DNA from: Candidatus Falkowbacteria bacterium
GTDB taxonomy: Bacteria > Patescibacteriota > Patescibacteriia > UBA11705 > JACRDX01
Assembly (NCBI GenBank): GCA_043798985.1
Contig: JAZDOE010000001.1
Coordinates: forward strand, 309 to 64,308
Reading direction: 5' to 3'
Length of the DNA stretch: 64,000 nucleotides
The notes under the pieces are model-generated. The model saw nothing but the letters and a program-made list of their open reading frames with translations. It was not told the origin of the DNA and did not search any database. A program made the position numbers and the translations under genes. This document shows positions 57,055 through 64,000 of this stretch, piece after piece (positions within the stretch are counted from its first letter, which is position 1; the number at the start of each line of letters is the position of its first letter).

Positions 57055-58148
57055 TTTATTGATTTATATGCTGCCAAAGTTTGTTCAGCGCATTTTTTCC
57101 AGCTGAATCTTTTTACATTTTCAAAACCTTTTTCAATTAACTTTTTGCGTAAATCCGCGTTAGATAACACTTTATAAAGTTGTTCGGCGATTTGTTCAAC
57201 ATTTGTTGGGTCAAAGAATTCTGCCGAGTCACCCAAAATTTCTGGCATTGAGGTTGTGTTTGTTGAAACAACAGGACAACCGCAAGCTTGCGCTTCAATT
57301 GCGATTAAGCCAAAACCTTCAATGAAAGAGGGAAGGCAGAAAACATCAGCAGTGTTGTATAAAATCGGCAGGTCAGAATCACTTATGTAACCGGGCGTGA
57401 CAATGTCATTTTTAAACGCTGATTGGTCAATTGTTTCTTGAATTTTCGTGTAATGTAAATCTGCGCGGCCACCGATAACAAGTTGGTGCGGAATTTTATA
57501 TTTTTCTTTCAGAATATTGAACGCACGCACCAATGATTCAATGTTTTTGTGGCCGCGCCAAACACCTACGAAAAATATAAACGGTTTTGTACCCTTGATT
57601 ATATCACTATTTTCAATTGGTTTGAATCTTTCATCCACACCTTCGTAAATGACTTCAATTTTTTTCGGATTGACGCGCAAATATTTGACCAAATCGCGCT
57701 TTGTGCTTTGAGAAATCGTGATGACTTTGCGAGCTTTTGACAAAGTTGCTTTAAAAACAAGGCGATAGGCGAGTCTACGGACGATTGATTTCATTTTGTG
57801 TCCGGGAAAAAACAAAGGAGTAATGTCATGAATCGTGCAAATTGATTTTTTGGGATAAAGAATTGGAGAATTAAAATGCGGATAGTGGATTAAATCAAAT
57901 TTTTCTTTGGCAAATTCAAATGGCAGTTTAAATTGTTCGGCATAGGAATAGTGCGGCGAATTGACTCTAATTTTGCGTACGCGATCCGTTGGCGCCGAGA
58001 ATTTTGAGAATTCCGGTTCGGTCATGAATAAAATATATTCATTTTTCGCGTCCAGCTTAAAAAGTTCGTTGGTCAGTCGTTGAACATAAGTGCCGATTCC
58101 TGTGAATTTTTCATTGCCGTACATGCGGCAGTCAATGGCTATTTTCAT
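57051..58148 (-). CDS. Glycosyltransferase family 4
   Basis: MKIAIDCR...GIGTY, TIHD, KNI and EGFGLIAIEAQACGCPV. Confidence 0.92.
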   Translation of the reverse strand: MKIAIDCRMYGNEKFTGIGTYVQRLTNELFKLDAKNEYILFMTEPEFSKFSAPTDRVRKIRVNSPHYSYAEQFKLPFEFAKEKFDLIHYPHFNSPILYPKKSICTIHDITPLFFPGHKMKSIVRRLAYRLVFKATLSKARKVITISQSTKRDLVKYLRVNPKKIEVIYEGVDERFKPIENSDIIKGTKPFIFFVGVWRGHKNIESLVRAFNILKEKYKIPHQLVIGGRADLHYTKIQETIDQSAFKNDIVTPGYISDSDLPILYNTADVFCLPSFIEGFGLIAIEAQACGCPVVSTNTTSMPEILGDSAEFFDPTNVEQIAEQLYKVLSNADLRKKLIEKGFENVKRFSWKKCAEQTLAAYKSIK

Positions 58149-58149
58149 A

Positions 58150-58190
58150 GATTGGGTGCTGGTAACTGGTAATTAGTAACTGGGGTTATT
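58150..58190. repeat. Heptamer array (CTGGTAA) downstream of four-helix-bundle gene
   Basis: GCTGGTAACTGGTAATTAGTAACTGGGG. Confidence 0.85.
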
Positions 58191-58556
58191 GTTGTTTATT
58201 GAGTTTATTAATCCATTAATTAGCCGTGCGGATTCTTCGCATTGCGCGGACAGTTTTTGGAGCGTTGGTTGATCTATGTATCTTAACGCTTCTGATAAAA
58301 ATAAAAAGCTTTGGACTTCAGCTGCCGATGCTCTAGCCATATAATAAAATTTGATTTTGTCCTTGAAATGAAATCGTGCGAATCCTTCGGCAATATTTGC
58401 CATTATTGAAGCTGATGCTCGCCGCAATTGGTTTGTTATTCCAAAAAGTTCCTCTTTGGGGAAAGTTTTTGTTATATTGTAAATTTGCAGTGTCAGGTCG
58501 CGCGCTTTTTGCCATGCTTCCAACTCGTAAAAATTTTTGATTTTTTTGTTTTCCAT
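58173..58556 (-). CDS. Four helix bundle protein (23S rRNA IVP / Avd-like, TIGR02436-type)
   Basis: F.ELEAWQKA..L...IY..T..FPKEE.FG.TNQLRRAS.SI.ANIAEG..R....F...ARASA.E. Confidence 0.93.
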   Translation of the reverse strand: MENKKIKNFYELEAWQKARDLTLQIYNITKTFPKEELFGITNQLRRASASIMANIAEGFARFHFKDKIKFYYMARASAAEVQSFLFLSEALRYIDQPTLQKLSAQCEESARLINGLINSINNNNPSY

Positions 58557-58560
58557 AATA

Positions 58561-58622
58561 TTACCAATTCCCAGTTACCAGTTCCTAGTTCCCAGCCCTA
58601 GTTACCGGTTACTAGTTACTAG
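58561..58622. repeat. Heptamer array (TTACCAG) upstream of four-helix-bundle gene
   Basis: TTACCAA TTCCCAG TTACCAG TTCCTAG TTCCCAG ... TTACCGG TTACTAG TTACTAG; reverse complement of the downstream array unit. Confidence 0.85.
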
Positions 58623-59356
58623 CCCCCATCCCCAGTGTTATCCCACACCATCTGCCAAATAGATTTCAGCGTCTTTGCGATTGCAGGATCTTCAATGATG
58701 ACCGCGGCATAAGGTTTACGGAACGAAATTAGCGAAACTTTATTGCTGTAAATGTTGATTTCGGTCTCAAAATCAATATTCGCGACAAGGCGCGTTTCGC
58801 GCAGTTGTTCTTTGTCTTTTGATTGAACAATTCGTCCCATTTTTCCATCTTTTGCGATGCAATAGAAGTGAGCGTTGTTTTTTACTCGCGTTTCCGCGGT
58901 CGGCCAGAGAAAGTCGGCCGGCAACGCCTCAAACATTTTTTCATAATCGCTGAACCCGTAAATCGGCTGGTTTGGCTGAGAATAATCGTTATATACCTGT
59001 TTTAATCCATCGAGTCCCTGATAGAATTTAACTTTTGGTTTTTTTGTTGGACGATTGAAAATGCTCAAAATTTCAGGCAAGGATTTTTTCACTTCATCAA
59101 TTCGTTGTTGCGTTCGTTTAACGACCGTTTCCGGATTTTCCGCGACCAATAAAAGTTTTTTTCCCTCTTTAACTTCGGTGACAAGTCCGAGATTTTTTAA
59201 TTCTTCGAGAAAATTATAAATGCTTGTGCGTTTAACTTTTGATTTTTGCGCCAACTCCTGAATTGTTGCGGAACCCAACTCAAGACAGGCGAGATATACT
59301 TTCGCTTGTTTTTCTTGTATTCCTAAATTTTGCAAAATCTTTAAGAGTGTCGCCAT
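58619..59356 (-). CDS. TrmB-family transcriptional regulator
   Basis: LGIQEKQAKVYLACLELG, RTSIY..L..L...GLV, KPKVKFYQG..G and AVIIED..IA. Confidence 0.88.
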   Translation of the reverse strand: MATLLKILQNLGIQEKQAKVYLACLELGSATIQELAQKSKVKRTSIYNFLEELKNLGLVTEVKEGKKLLLVAENPETVVKRTQQRIDEVKKSLPEILSIFNRPTKKPKVKFYQGLDGLKQVYNDYSQPNQPIYGFSDYEKMFEALPADFLWPTAETRVKNNAHFYCIAKDGKMGRIVQSKDKEQLRETRLVANIDFETEINIYSNKVSLISFRKPYAAVIIEDPAIAKTLKSIWQMVWDNTGDGG

Positions 59357-59358
59357 AT

Positions 59359-59382
59359 TAACCCCAGTTACTAGTTACCAGT
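59359..59382. repeat. 24-bp inverted repeat of 58165-58188
   Basis: TAACCCCAGTTACTAGTTACCAGT; reverse complement is 23/24 identical to ACTGGTAATTAGTAACTGGGGTTA. Confidence 0.85.
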
Positions 59383-59395
59383 CCCTATCATAATC

Positions 59396-59440
59396 TGTCT
59401 ATCTTTTAGACATTGTATCATATAAAAAATAAAGTGTCAA
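59396..59440 (-). promoter_or_regulatory. TrmB gene promoter with overlapping palindromic operator
   Basis: Minus strand TTGACA-17-TACAAT; TGTCTA-tcttt-TAGACA at 59396-59412. Confidence 0.6.
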
Positions 59441-59507
59441 ATTTGGCTAAATATGCATAAAATAATCGTTGGGCTTGCAATATGATAATTTGCTCTAGTC
59501 TAAATTA

Positions 59508-59578
59508 TTGACAAAATAATTCTTCTCTGATAAAATGGTTTGTTCGGGAAAAGTGATCTTTGAAAATTAACAAAGGAG
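59508..59578 (+). promoter_or_regulatory. Promoter, boxA-like motif and SD of orphan cassette
   Basis: TTGACA-17-TAAAAT; GATCTTTGAAAA at 59555-59566; AAGGAG. Confidence 0.75.
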
Positions 59579-59584
59579 AAAGAC

Positions 59585-60016
59585 ATGGGAGCAGAAGGAG
59601 GACTTGTGGCGGCAGTGGCTGGTTTGGTGGCCGGTTCTTCGTGTGACGATGATGAAGCTGGCAGCGGTATGTCGGGAGAGTGGTCGGTGGACGAAGGCGA
59701 AGGATTTCTCAGCACAAAGTATTTTTTTAGACGTTTTGCCGAGGAAGATAGAAAGTGGATGGAGGCCGACCGGCAGCGTATAGCGAACGCGAGACATGAG
59801 GAATGGCTTGAGGAACTTTGTAACCGGCATCCCTTGGGAGGCTCAATAGTCGCAATTCTTGAAATAACATTTATTTTACTGCTGTGCCTTATAATGATAG
59901 CTCCCTTTCTTGCCATGCTGTGGCTGTTATTGCAACCATTTCTAGAAGCGTTTGGAGTTGTTTCGGGTCAGTTTTCCTTTAAAGCACTCCTTAACTGGAT
60001 CAGGCCGCCTTGCTAG
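59585..60016 (+). CDS. Hypothetical membrane protein (orphan cassette)
   Basis: SD AAAGGAG; acidic N-terminus; C-terminal hydrophobic segments. Confidence 0.65.
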   Translation: MGAEGGLVAAVAGLVAGSSCDDDEAGSGMSGEWSVDEGEGFLSTKYFFRRFAEEDRKWMEADRQRIANARHEEWLEELCNRHPLGGSIVAILEITFILLLCLIMIAPFLAMLWLLLQPFLEAFGVVSGQFSFKALLNWIRPPC

Positions 60017-60064
60017 ACGCGTGTTCAAAAACCGCCGACTTGTAAGCAATCAACAATTCATCGC

Positions 60065-60280
60065 GCCCCGCCGCTCACCATCGGCGGGGCCTCACTCACG
60101 CAAATCAAAAGATGGTTTTCGGGAGCGAGGCTTGCCCTGAACCGACCCCGACTTGGCGGGGTCTGGTTTAGGGGGTGTTCATTTCACTTAAACGAGGAGG
60201 CGAACATCCCGCCATTCTTGGAGGAGTTCAAATAAGGACGTAACGCAAAAGAGACAATCAACGAATTGTCTCTCTTTTTT
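60065..60280 (+). other. Cluster of consecutive GC-rich hairpins ending in a terminator (candidate ncRNA or nested repeats)
   Basis: GCCCCGCCG/CGGCGGGGC; CCTCACTC/GAGCGAGG; CCCTGAACC-GACCCCG/CGGGGTC-GGTTTAGGG; AGAGACAAT/ATTGTCTCT plus T-run. Confidence 0.5.
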
Positions 60281-60316
60281 CGGTCGCGGTTCTCTTTTAA
60301 AGTTTTTTTGAAGTGA

Positions 60317-60556
60317 TTATGAATTGTAAGTCGTATCTGACCGGCGCTCAATGGTTAAAATTTTAATGGTTTCTTCCGTTTTATTGAATATTACCCTGAT
60401 TGTTCCTTTCCGAACACGATAAACATCATTTTTCCCTTTAAGTTTTAAAATATCAAGATTCAAAAAATCGCTTCTGTTTAGTTTTTCTAGAATTTTTTTC
60501 AGCTCCAATCTTTCTTTGGGCGACAATTTTTTCAATGCCTTAGCGATTTTGTCCAT
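60317..60556 (-). CDS. RelE/ParE-family toxin
   Basis: KALKKL, LKLKGKNDVYRVRKGTIRVIF, I..IERRSDTTY; downstream of the antitoxin. Confidence 0.8.
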   Translation of the reverse strand: MDKIAKALKKLSPKERLELKKILEKLNRSDFLNLDILKLKGKNDVYRVRKGTIRVIFNKTEETIKILTIERRSDTTYNS

Positions 60557-60565
60557 AAAAGGTGG

Positions 60566-60775
60566 CTAGAGTCTTTTCAATAAATCATTGATATCCACGC
60601 CGCCGCGTTGGAGTTTGGTAAAATCAATAACTTCTTCCCACGCGCCGGCATTCACAGGCGAAATTTTAAAAATAGGCTGCGCTCGCCGCGTGACGATTAT
60701 TGATTCGCCGGCTTTTACTTTTTGGTAGTAGCTGTCCAAATTTTGTCTGAACTCTTTTAGATTTACTTGATTCAT
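60566..60775 (-). CDS. Phd/YefM-family antitoxin
   Basis: VNLKEFRQNL..Y...V..GESIIVTRR..PIFKISP. Confidence 0.85.
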   Translation of the reverse strand: MNQVNLKEFRQNLDSYYQKVKAGESIIVTRRAQPIFKISPVNAGAWEEVIDFTKLQRGGVDINDLLKRL

Positions 60776-60786
60776 ATATGTTAACG

Positions 60787-60829
60787 TTAAGATTATCTTA
60801 ATCGTATCTTATGTTTATCTTTGTGTCAA
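60787..60829 (-). promoter_or_regulatory. TA promoter with operator palindrome
   Basis: Minus strand TTGACA-17-TACGAT; TTAAGAT-t-ATCTTAA at 60787-60801; TATCTT repeated three times at 11-bp spacing. Confidence 0.65.
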
Positions 60830-60918
60830 ATTTAGGGTTGTTGAATACAGATACCCTCGATTTGACCAAAAGATTTTTTACAGGCTATACTGGTTGCAGA
60901 AAATAACGAAAAAATAAT

Positions 60919-61323
60919 ATGAAAAAGCAAGAGCCAACAATTAAGGACGTGATGTCCAGCTTAGACGTTGTTCATAAGGAATTATGTGGGCTGAATAATA
61001 GATTTACAGGGCTAGAAGAAACAGTGGGACAGACAAAAGAGGATATAACAGAAATGCGGGGTGATATAACAGAAATACGAGGAGATATAACGGGAATGAA
61101 AGGTGATATAACAGAAATGAAGGACGATATTACCTACCTAAAACGTGGAGTTGCCGAAGTTAATGTTAAGATTGATAGATTGCAAGAAGACGTGATTGAG
61201 ATGGGTGGCGCAATGACATTGTTTGCGCAGAATGTTGACGAGCGATTTGTCAAGGTTGACGAAGAATTCAAAGAAATGCACAAAGAATTATCAACACGAT
61301 CGTCTCGCGTACTTGTTGTATAG
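60919..61323 (+). CDS. Coiled-coil protein with heptad (21-nt) tandem repeats
   Basis: DITEMRG/DITEIRG/DITGMKG/DITEMKD/DITYLKR. Confidence 0.75.
   Translation: MKKQEPTIKDVMSSLDVVHKELCGLNNRFTGLEETVGQTKEDITEMRGDITEIRGDITGMKGDITEMKDDITYLKRGVAEVNVKIDRLQEDVIEMGGAMTLFAQNVDERFVKVDEEFKEMHKELSTRSSRVLVV
61042..61133 (+). repeat. 21-nt tandem repeat, about 4.5 copies
   Basis: GATATAAC at 61042, 61063, 61084 and 61105; GATATTAC at 61126. Confidence 0.85.
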
Positions 61324-62508
61324 TTAAAGTTTATTGAAGATATTGAGCAATTGCTGCGCCGCTGATTGCCAAGAGAATTTCGCGGCTTGCGAGAGCCCGG
61401 AGTTTATTAAATGTCGTTGTTGTTGGTCATTCCCTGCTAAGGCCGTCAGCGCCGCGACGAGGTCATTGATATTATTTGGGTCAATATACGTCGCGGCGCT
61501 TTCACAAATTTCCGGCAAAGACGAAGCATGCGAAGTGATTACCGGTTTGCCGCATGCCATGGCCTCAAGAACAGGGAATCCAAAACCTTCGTAAAGCGAC
61601 GGATAAACAAACATTTCAGCAAGATTATATAAATATGGCTTGTCTTCGGGCGAAACATAATCAACAAGTTTTATCATGTCGCGAAATGGCGACTTTCTGA
61701 TTTGTTTGTTGATTTTGTCAAATCGCCAGCCATGCTTTCCAGCCAGCACAAGCGAATAATTTTTGTGAGTTGCGGATTTTTTAAAAAGTTCAAACGCGGA
61801 AATCAAGGTCGCAATGTTTTTGCGCGGCTCAATTGTCCCGAGATATAAAATGAATTTTTGCGGAAGTTGGTATTTATTTTTGATTCGCTTGGCAGTCGGT
61901 GTTTCTTGAAGATTGGGCTGAAAAACTGGCGCGATTCCAGAATAGATTGTGGTGATTTGTTGTTCTGGAATATTGTAAATTTTCGTTAAATCGCGTTTTG
62001 TATTTTCCGAAACCGCGATTATTTTTTTTGCTCGTTGAAATGTCTGCCGCGCGTTAATCAGCCAATGCCACGCGCGGCTTTTTGGCGAAAAACATTTTTT
62101 TAGGAACACGAAAGTCAAATCGTGGGCTGTGATTATGTATGGGCAAGCAGTTGCAATGAAATTTATATTCGGAAAAAAGAAAAAATCAACCTTGACGTTG
62201 AATTTTTTGTTGATCAAGCGATCCAATTTTGGCAATTTGAATAATAAAATCAATACGTTTAGTAGTTTGTTGGGAAAATTGAAATTGCAATAATGAACAT
62301 TGTCGCCGATGAATTTTGGCCCGCCTCCGTCCCGCCAGCGGCGGGACTCCGGCGTGGCAAGCTGATTTTTTTTGTAGGAATTGTAAAAAAGATAGTATTG
62401 ATTTTGTTTGTCTATGCTAAAAAGTTGCGATAACAAATTGAAAGTGTATTCGCCGACGCCGGTTAATTGTTTGTCTATCAGACAGCGGACATCAATTGCG
62501 ATGTTCAT
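61324..62508 (-). CDS. Glycosyltransferase family 4
   Basis: TGVGEY, LGTIEPRKN and YPSLYEGFGFPVLEAMACG. Confidence 0.93.
   Translation of the reverse strand: MNIAIDVRCLIDKQLTGVGEYTFNLLSQLFSIDKQNQYYLFYNSYKKNQLATPESRRWRDGGGPKFIGDNVHYCNFNFPNKLLNVLILLFKLPKLDRLINKKFNVKVDFFFFPNINFIATACPYIITAHDLTFVFLKKCFSPKSRAWHWLINARQTFQRAKKIIAVSENTKRDLTKIYNIPEQQITTIYSGIAPVFQPNLQETPTAKRIKNKYQLPQKFILYLGTIEPRKNIATLISAFELFKKSATHKNYSLVLAGKHGWRFDKINKQIRKSPFRDMIKLVDYVSPEDKPYLYNLAEMFVYPSLYEGFGFPVLEAMACGKPVITSHASSLPEICESAATYIDPNNINDLVAALTALAGNDQQQRHLINSGLSQAAKFSWQSAAQQLLNIFNKL
62320..62362. repeat. Family E element with nested TCCCGCC/GGCGGGA hairpin, in frame in GT4 (LATPESRRWRDGGG)
   Basis: Minus strand GCTTGCCACGCCGGAGTCCCGCCGCTGGCGGGACGGAGGCGGG. 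Confidence 0.85.
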
Positions 62509-63586
62509 AAGAATTCCATTTGCTATCTATTAAATTTTTGATTTTGGACTTAAAGTTATCTTTGTCCCAATGCAATGCGTGCTCGCGGATTTTTTGCGGG
62601 TCAAAGTTTTCCGGTTTGAACCGTAGAATCGCGTCAGCTAAATCTTCCCAACATTGCTCGTTAAAGAACATTCCGGTTTGACCCTCAATTACTGTTTCCT
62701 TTGCTCCGCCTGCGCGCAATGCTATTACCGGTCTGCCACTGGCCATTGCTTCAACCGCAGTGATTCCAAAATCTTCAACTTGCGGATTGATAAATGCCAG
62801 AGCATGACTGTACAAATTCGGCTTGTCTTTGTCGCTGATTTGCCCGAGAAATTCAATGTTTGGTTTTGCCATTTCGCGGAGTTTATTAAGCTCTGGACCG
62901 GTGCCAAAAATTTTAAGTTCCATGTTTAGCCGATTGAATGCGGTGACGATAATGTCAAAACGTTTGTAGCTCACAAGCCTGCCTCCGGCCAAATAATAGC
63001 CGTCATTTTTTGTTGAAATGTGGAATTTACTGGTATCAACCGGCGGATGAATAACTTCGCTTGGCCGGTTGTAAAAATGCGCGATTCTGCGCTGAACTTC
63101 GTGAGAATTCGCAATAAAATAATTGACGCGGCTGGCGGCTAAACGATCCCATTGCCGCAGCCGCGTCAAAATAATCGGAAGGATTTTTTTTATTAGTTTG
63201 TTTGTTTTTAATTCCTTGACGTACGAATGATAATCAAGCCAAAGAAATCGTGGCGGTGTGTGGCAGTAGCAAATGTGCAGAGTGTTTGGTTGCGTGATTA
63301 CGCCTTTCGCGAAAATGGATGAGCTGGAAATAACAATGTCAAAGTTTTTTAAATCATGATGCTCCGTCGCAGTAGGCATCAATGGAAGCAACCATTGGAA
63401 TTTGTCCTTGTTGCGCGTGAGTTTTTGCAAAAAAGAAGTATGAATTTTGTTTGCGCTCTGGAATGTCGCAGGGTCATGCACTAACGTAAAAATAGGCGCT
63501 TCTGGATAAAGCTCTGCCATTGCTTCTAAAACTTTTTCCGCCCCCCCCTTTTGCGTTAGATGATCGTGAACCAGGGCGATTTTCAT
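62492..63586 (-). CDS. Glycosyltransferase family 4
   Basis: MKIALVHDHL...GGAEKVL, YCHTPPR and EDFGITAVEAMASGRPVIA. Confidence 0.93.
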   Translation of the reverse strand: MKIALVHDHLTQKGGAEKVLEAMAELYPEAPIFTLVHDPATFQSANKIHTSFLQKLTRNKDKFQWLLPLMPTATEHHDLKNFDIVISSSSIFAKGVITQPNTLHICYCHTPPRFLWLDYHSYVKELKTNKLIKKILPIILTRLRQWDRLAASRVNYFIANSHEVQRRIAHFYNRPSEVIHPPVDTSKFHISTKNDGYYLAGGRLVSYKRFDIIVTAFNRLNMELKIFGTGPELNKLREMAKPNIEFLGQISDKDKPNLYSHALAFINPQVEDFGITAVEAMASGRPVIALRAGGAKETVIEGQTGMFFNEQCWEDLADAILRFKPENFDPQKIREHALHWDKDNFKSKIKNLIDSKWNSYEHRN

Positions 63587-63593
63587 ATTTAAG

Positions 63594-64000
63594 CTACACG
63601 TTGGATTTTCTTGTCAAAATTACCCACGGGGTTTTTAGCATTATCCAAAAGTCTAATTTCAGAGACCAGTTTTCAATATAGTATGTGTCTAATTTTACCT
63701 CGTCATCAAAGTTTAAATCGCTTCTTCCTGAAATTTGCGCCATGCCAGTGACGCCGGGTTTTATGTCCAAAACGCGCTTGTGCGCTTTTTCGTACTTTTC
63801 AACTTCGCGAGGTTGGTGCGGTCGCGGTCCGACAAGGCTCATGTTGCCAATCCAAACATTGAAAAATTGCGGAAGTTCGTCGAGCGAGGTTCGCTCAAGA
63901 AAGCGCCCAAAATGCGTTCTTCGCGGATCATTCAGAACTTTATAAAGAGGCCCTTTTCGTTCAGATTGTTTTTTGACCAATTCTTTTTCATATTCAAGCA
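63594..64000 (-). CDS. Polyprenyl-phosphate sugar phosphotransferase (bacterial sugar transferase), 5' part outside window
   Basis: [47 protein letters not shown] and YIENWSL.LD. Confidence 0.93.
   Translation of the reverse strand, partial: LEYEKELVKKQSERKGPLYKVLNDPRRTHFGRFLERTSLDELPQFFNVWIGNMSLVGPRPHQPREVEKYEKAHKRVLDIKPGVTGMAQISGRSDLNFDDEVKLDTYYIENWSLKLDFWIMLKTPWVILTRKSNV

Noticed and set aside
58173-58556. Four-helix-bundle gene as evidence of a 23S rRNA intervening sequence or as the DGR avd
   Set aside because: No rRNA flanks it and no RT/TR is adjacent; family membership alone does not establish either role
60065-60210. tRNA, tmRNA, SRP or RNase P RNA
   Set aside because: No T-loop GTTCRA in a cloverleaf context, no SRP GGAA/AGCAG motif and no GAGGAAAGTCC
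63541-63548. Poly-C tract in a glycosyltransferase as a phase-variation switch
   Set aside because: Only 7-8 nt and explained by the conserved KGGAE codons; frame intact

Overview
Chromosomal window from a Patescibacteria (CPR, Parcubacteria/ABY1-like) bacterium using genetic code 11. The backbone is housekeeping (recA, efp, rpsR-ssb-rpsF, nusA-yidC, groES/EL, ychF, pilB, HU, ymdB, rny, rpsA, gyrA, nrnA-rbfA, rpoB-rpoC-ftsH, nfo, infB, leuS) plus cell-surface glycan genes and a Phd/RelE-type toxin-antitoxin pair. Five unusual layers sit on top. (1) An orphan diversity-generating-retroelement (DGR)-type target gene (40488-41306) has a sharply adenine-depleted variable region, a 20-bp palindrome inserted at its 3' end, and a paralog at 15870; no RT or template repeat is in the window. 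(2) At least five families of short modular GC-rich palindromes occur between genes and in frame inside proteins, including LeuS and S6. (3) Heptamer arrays in inverted orientation enclose a four-helix-bundle (Avd/23S-IVP-like) gene and recur as empty sites. (4) About seven stand-alone orphan gene cassettes share a TTGACA-17-(-10) promoter, a boxA-like motif, a strong SD and a terminator. (5) Several candidate structured RNAs are present, including a 6S-like rod upstream of rny. No rRNA, tRNA, CRISPR array, transposase or integrase was recognised. All calls are by eye; no searches were run.
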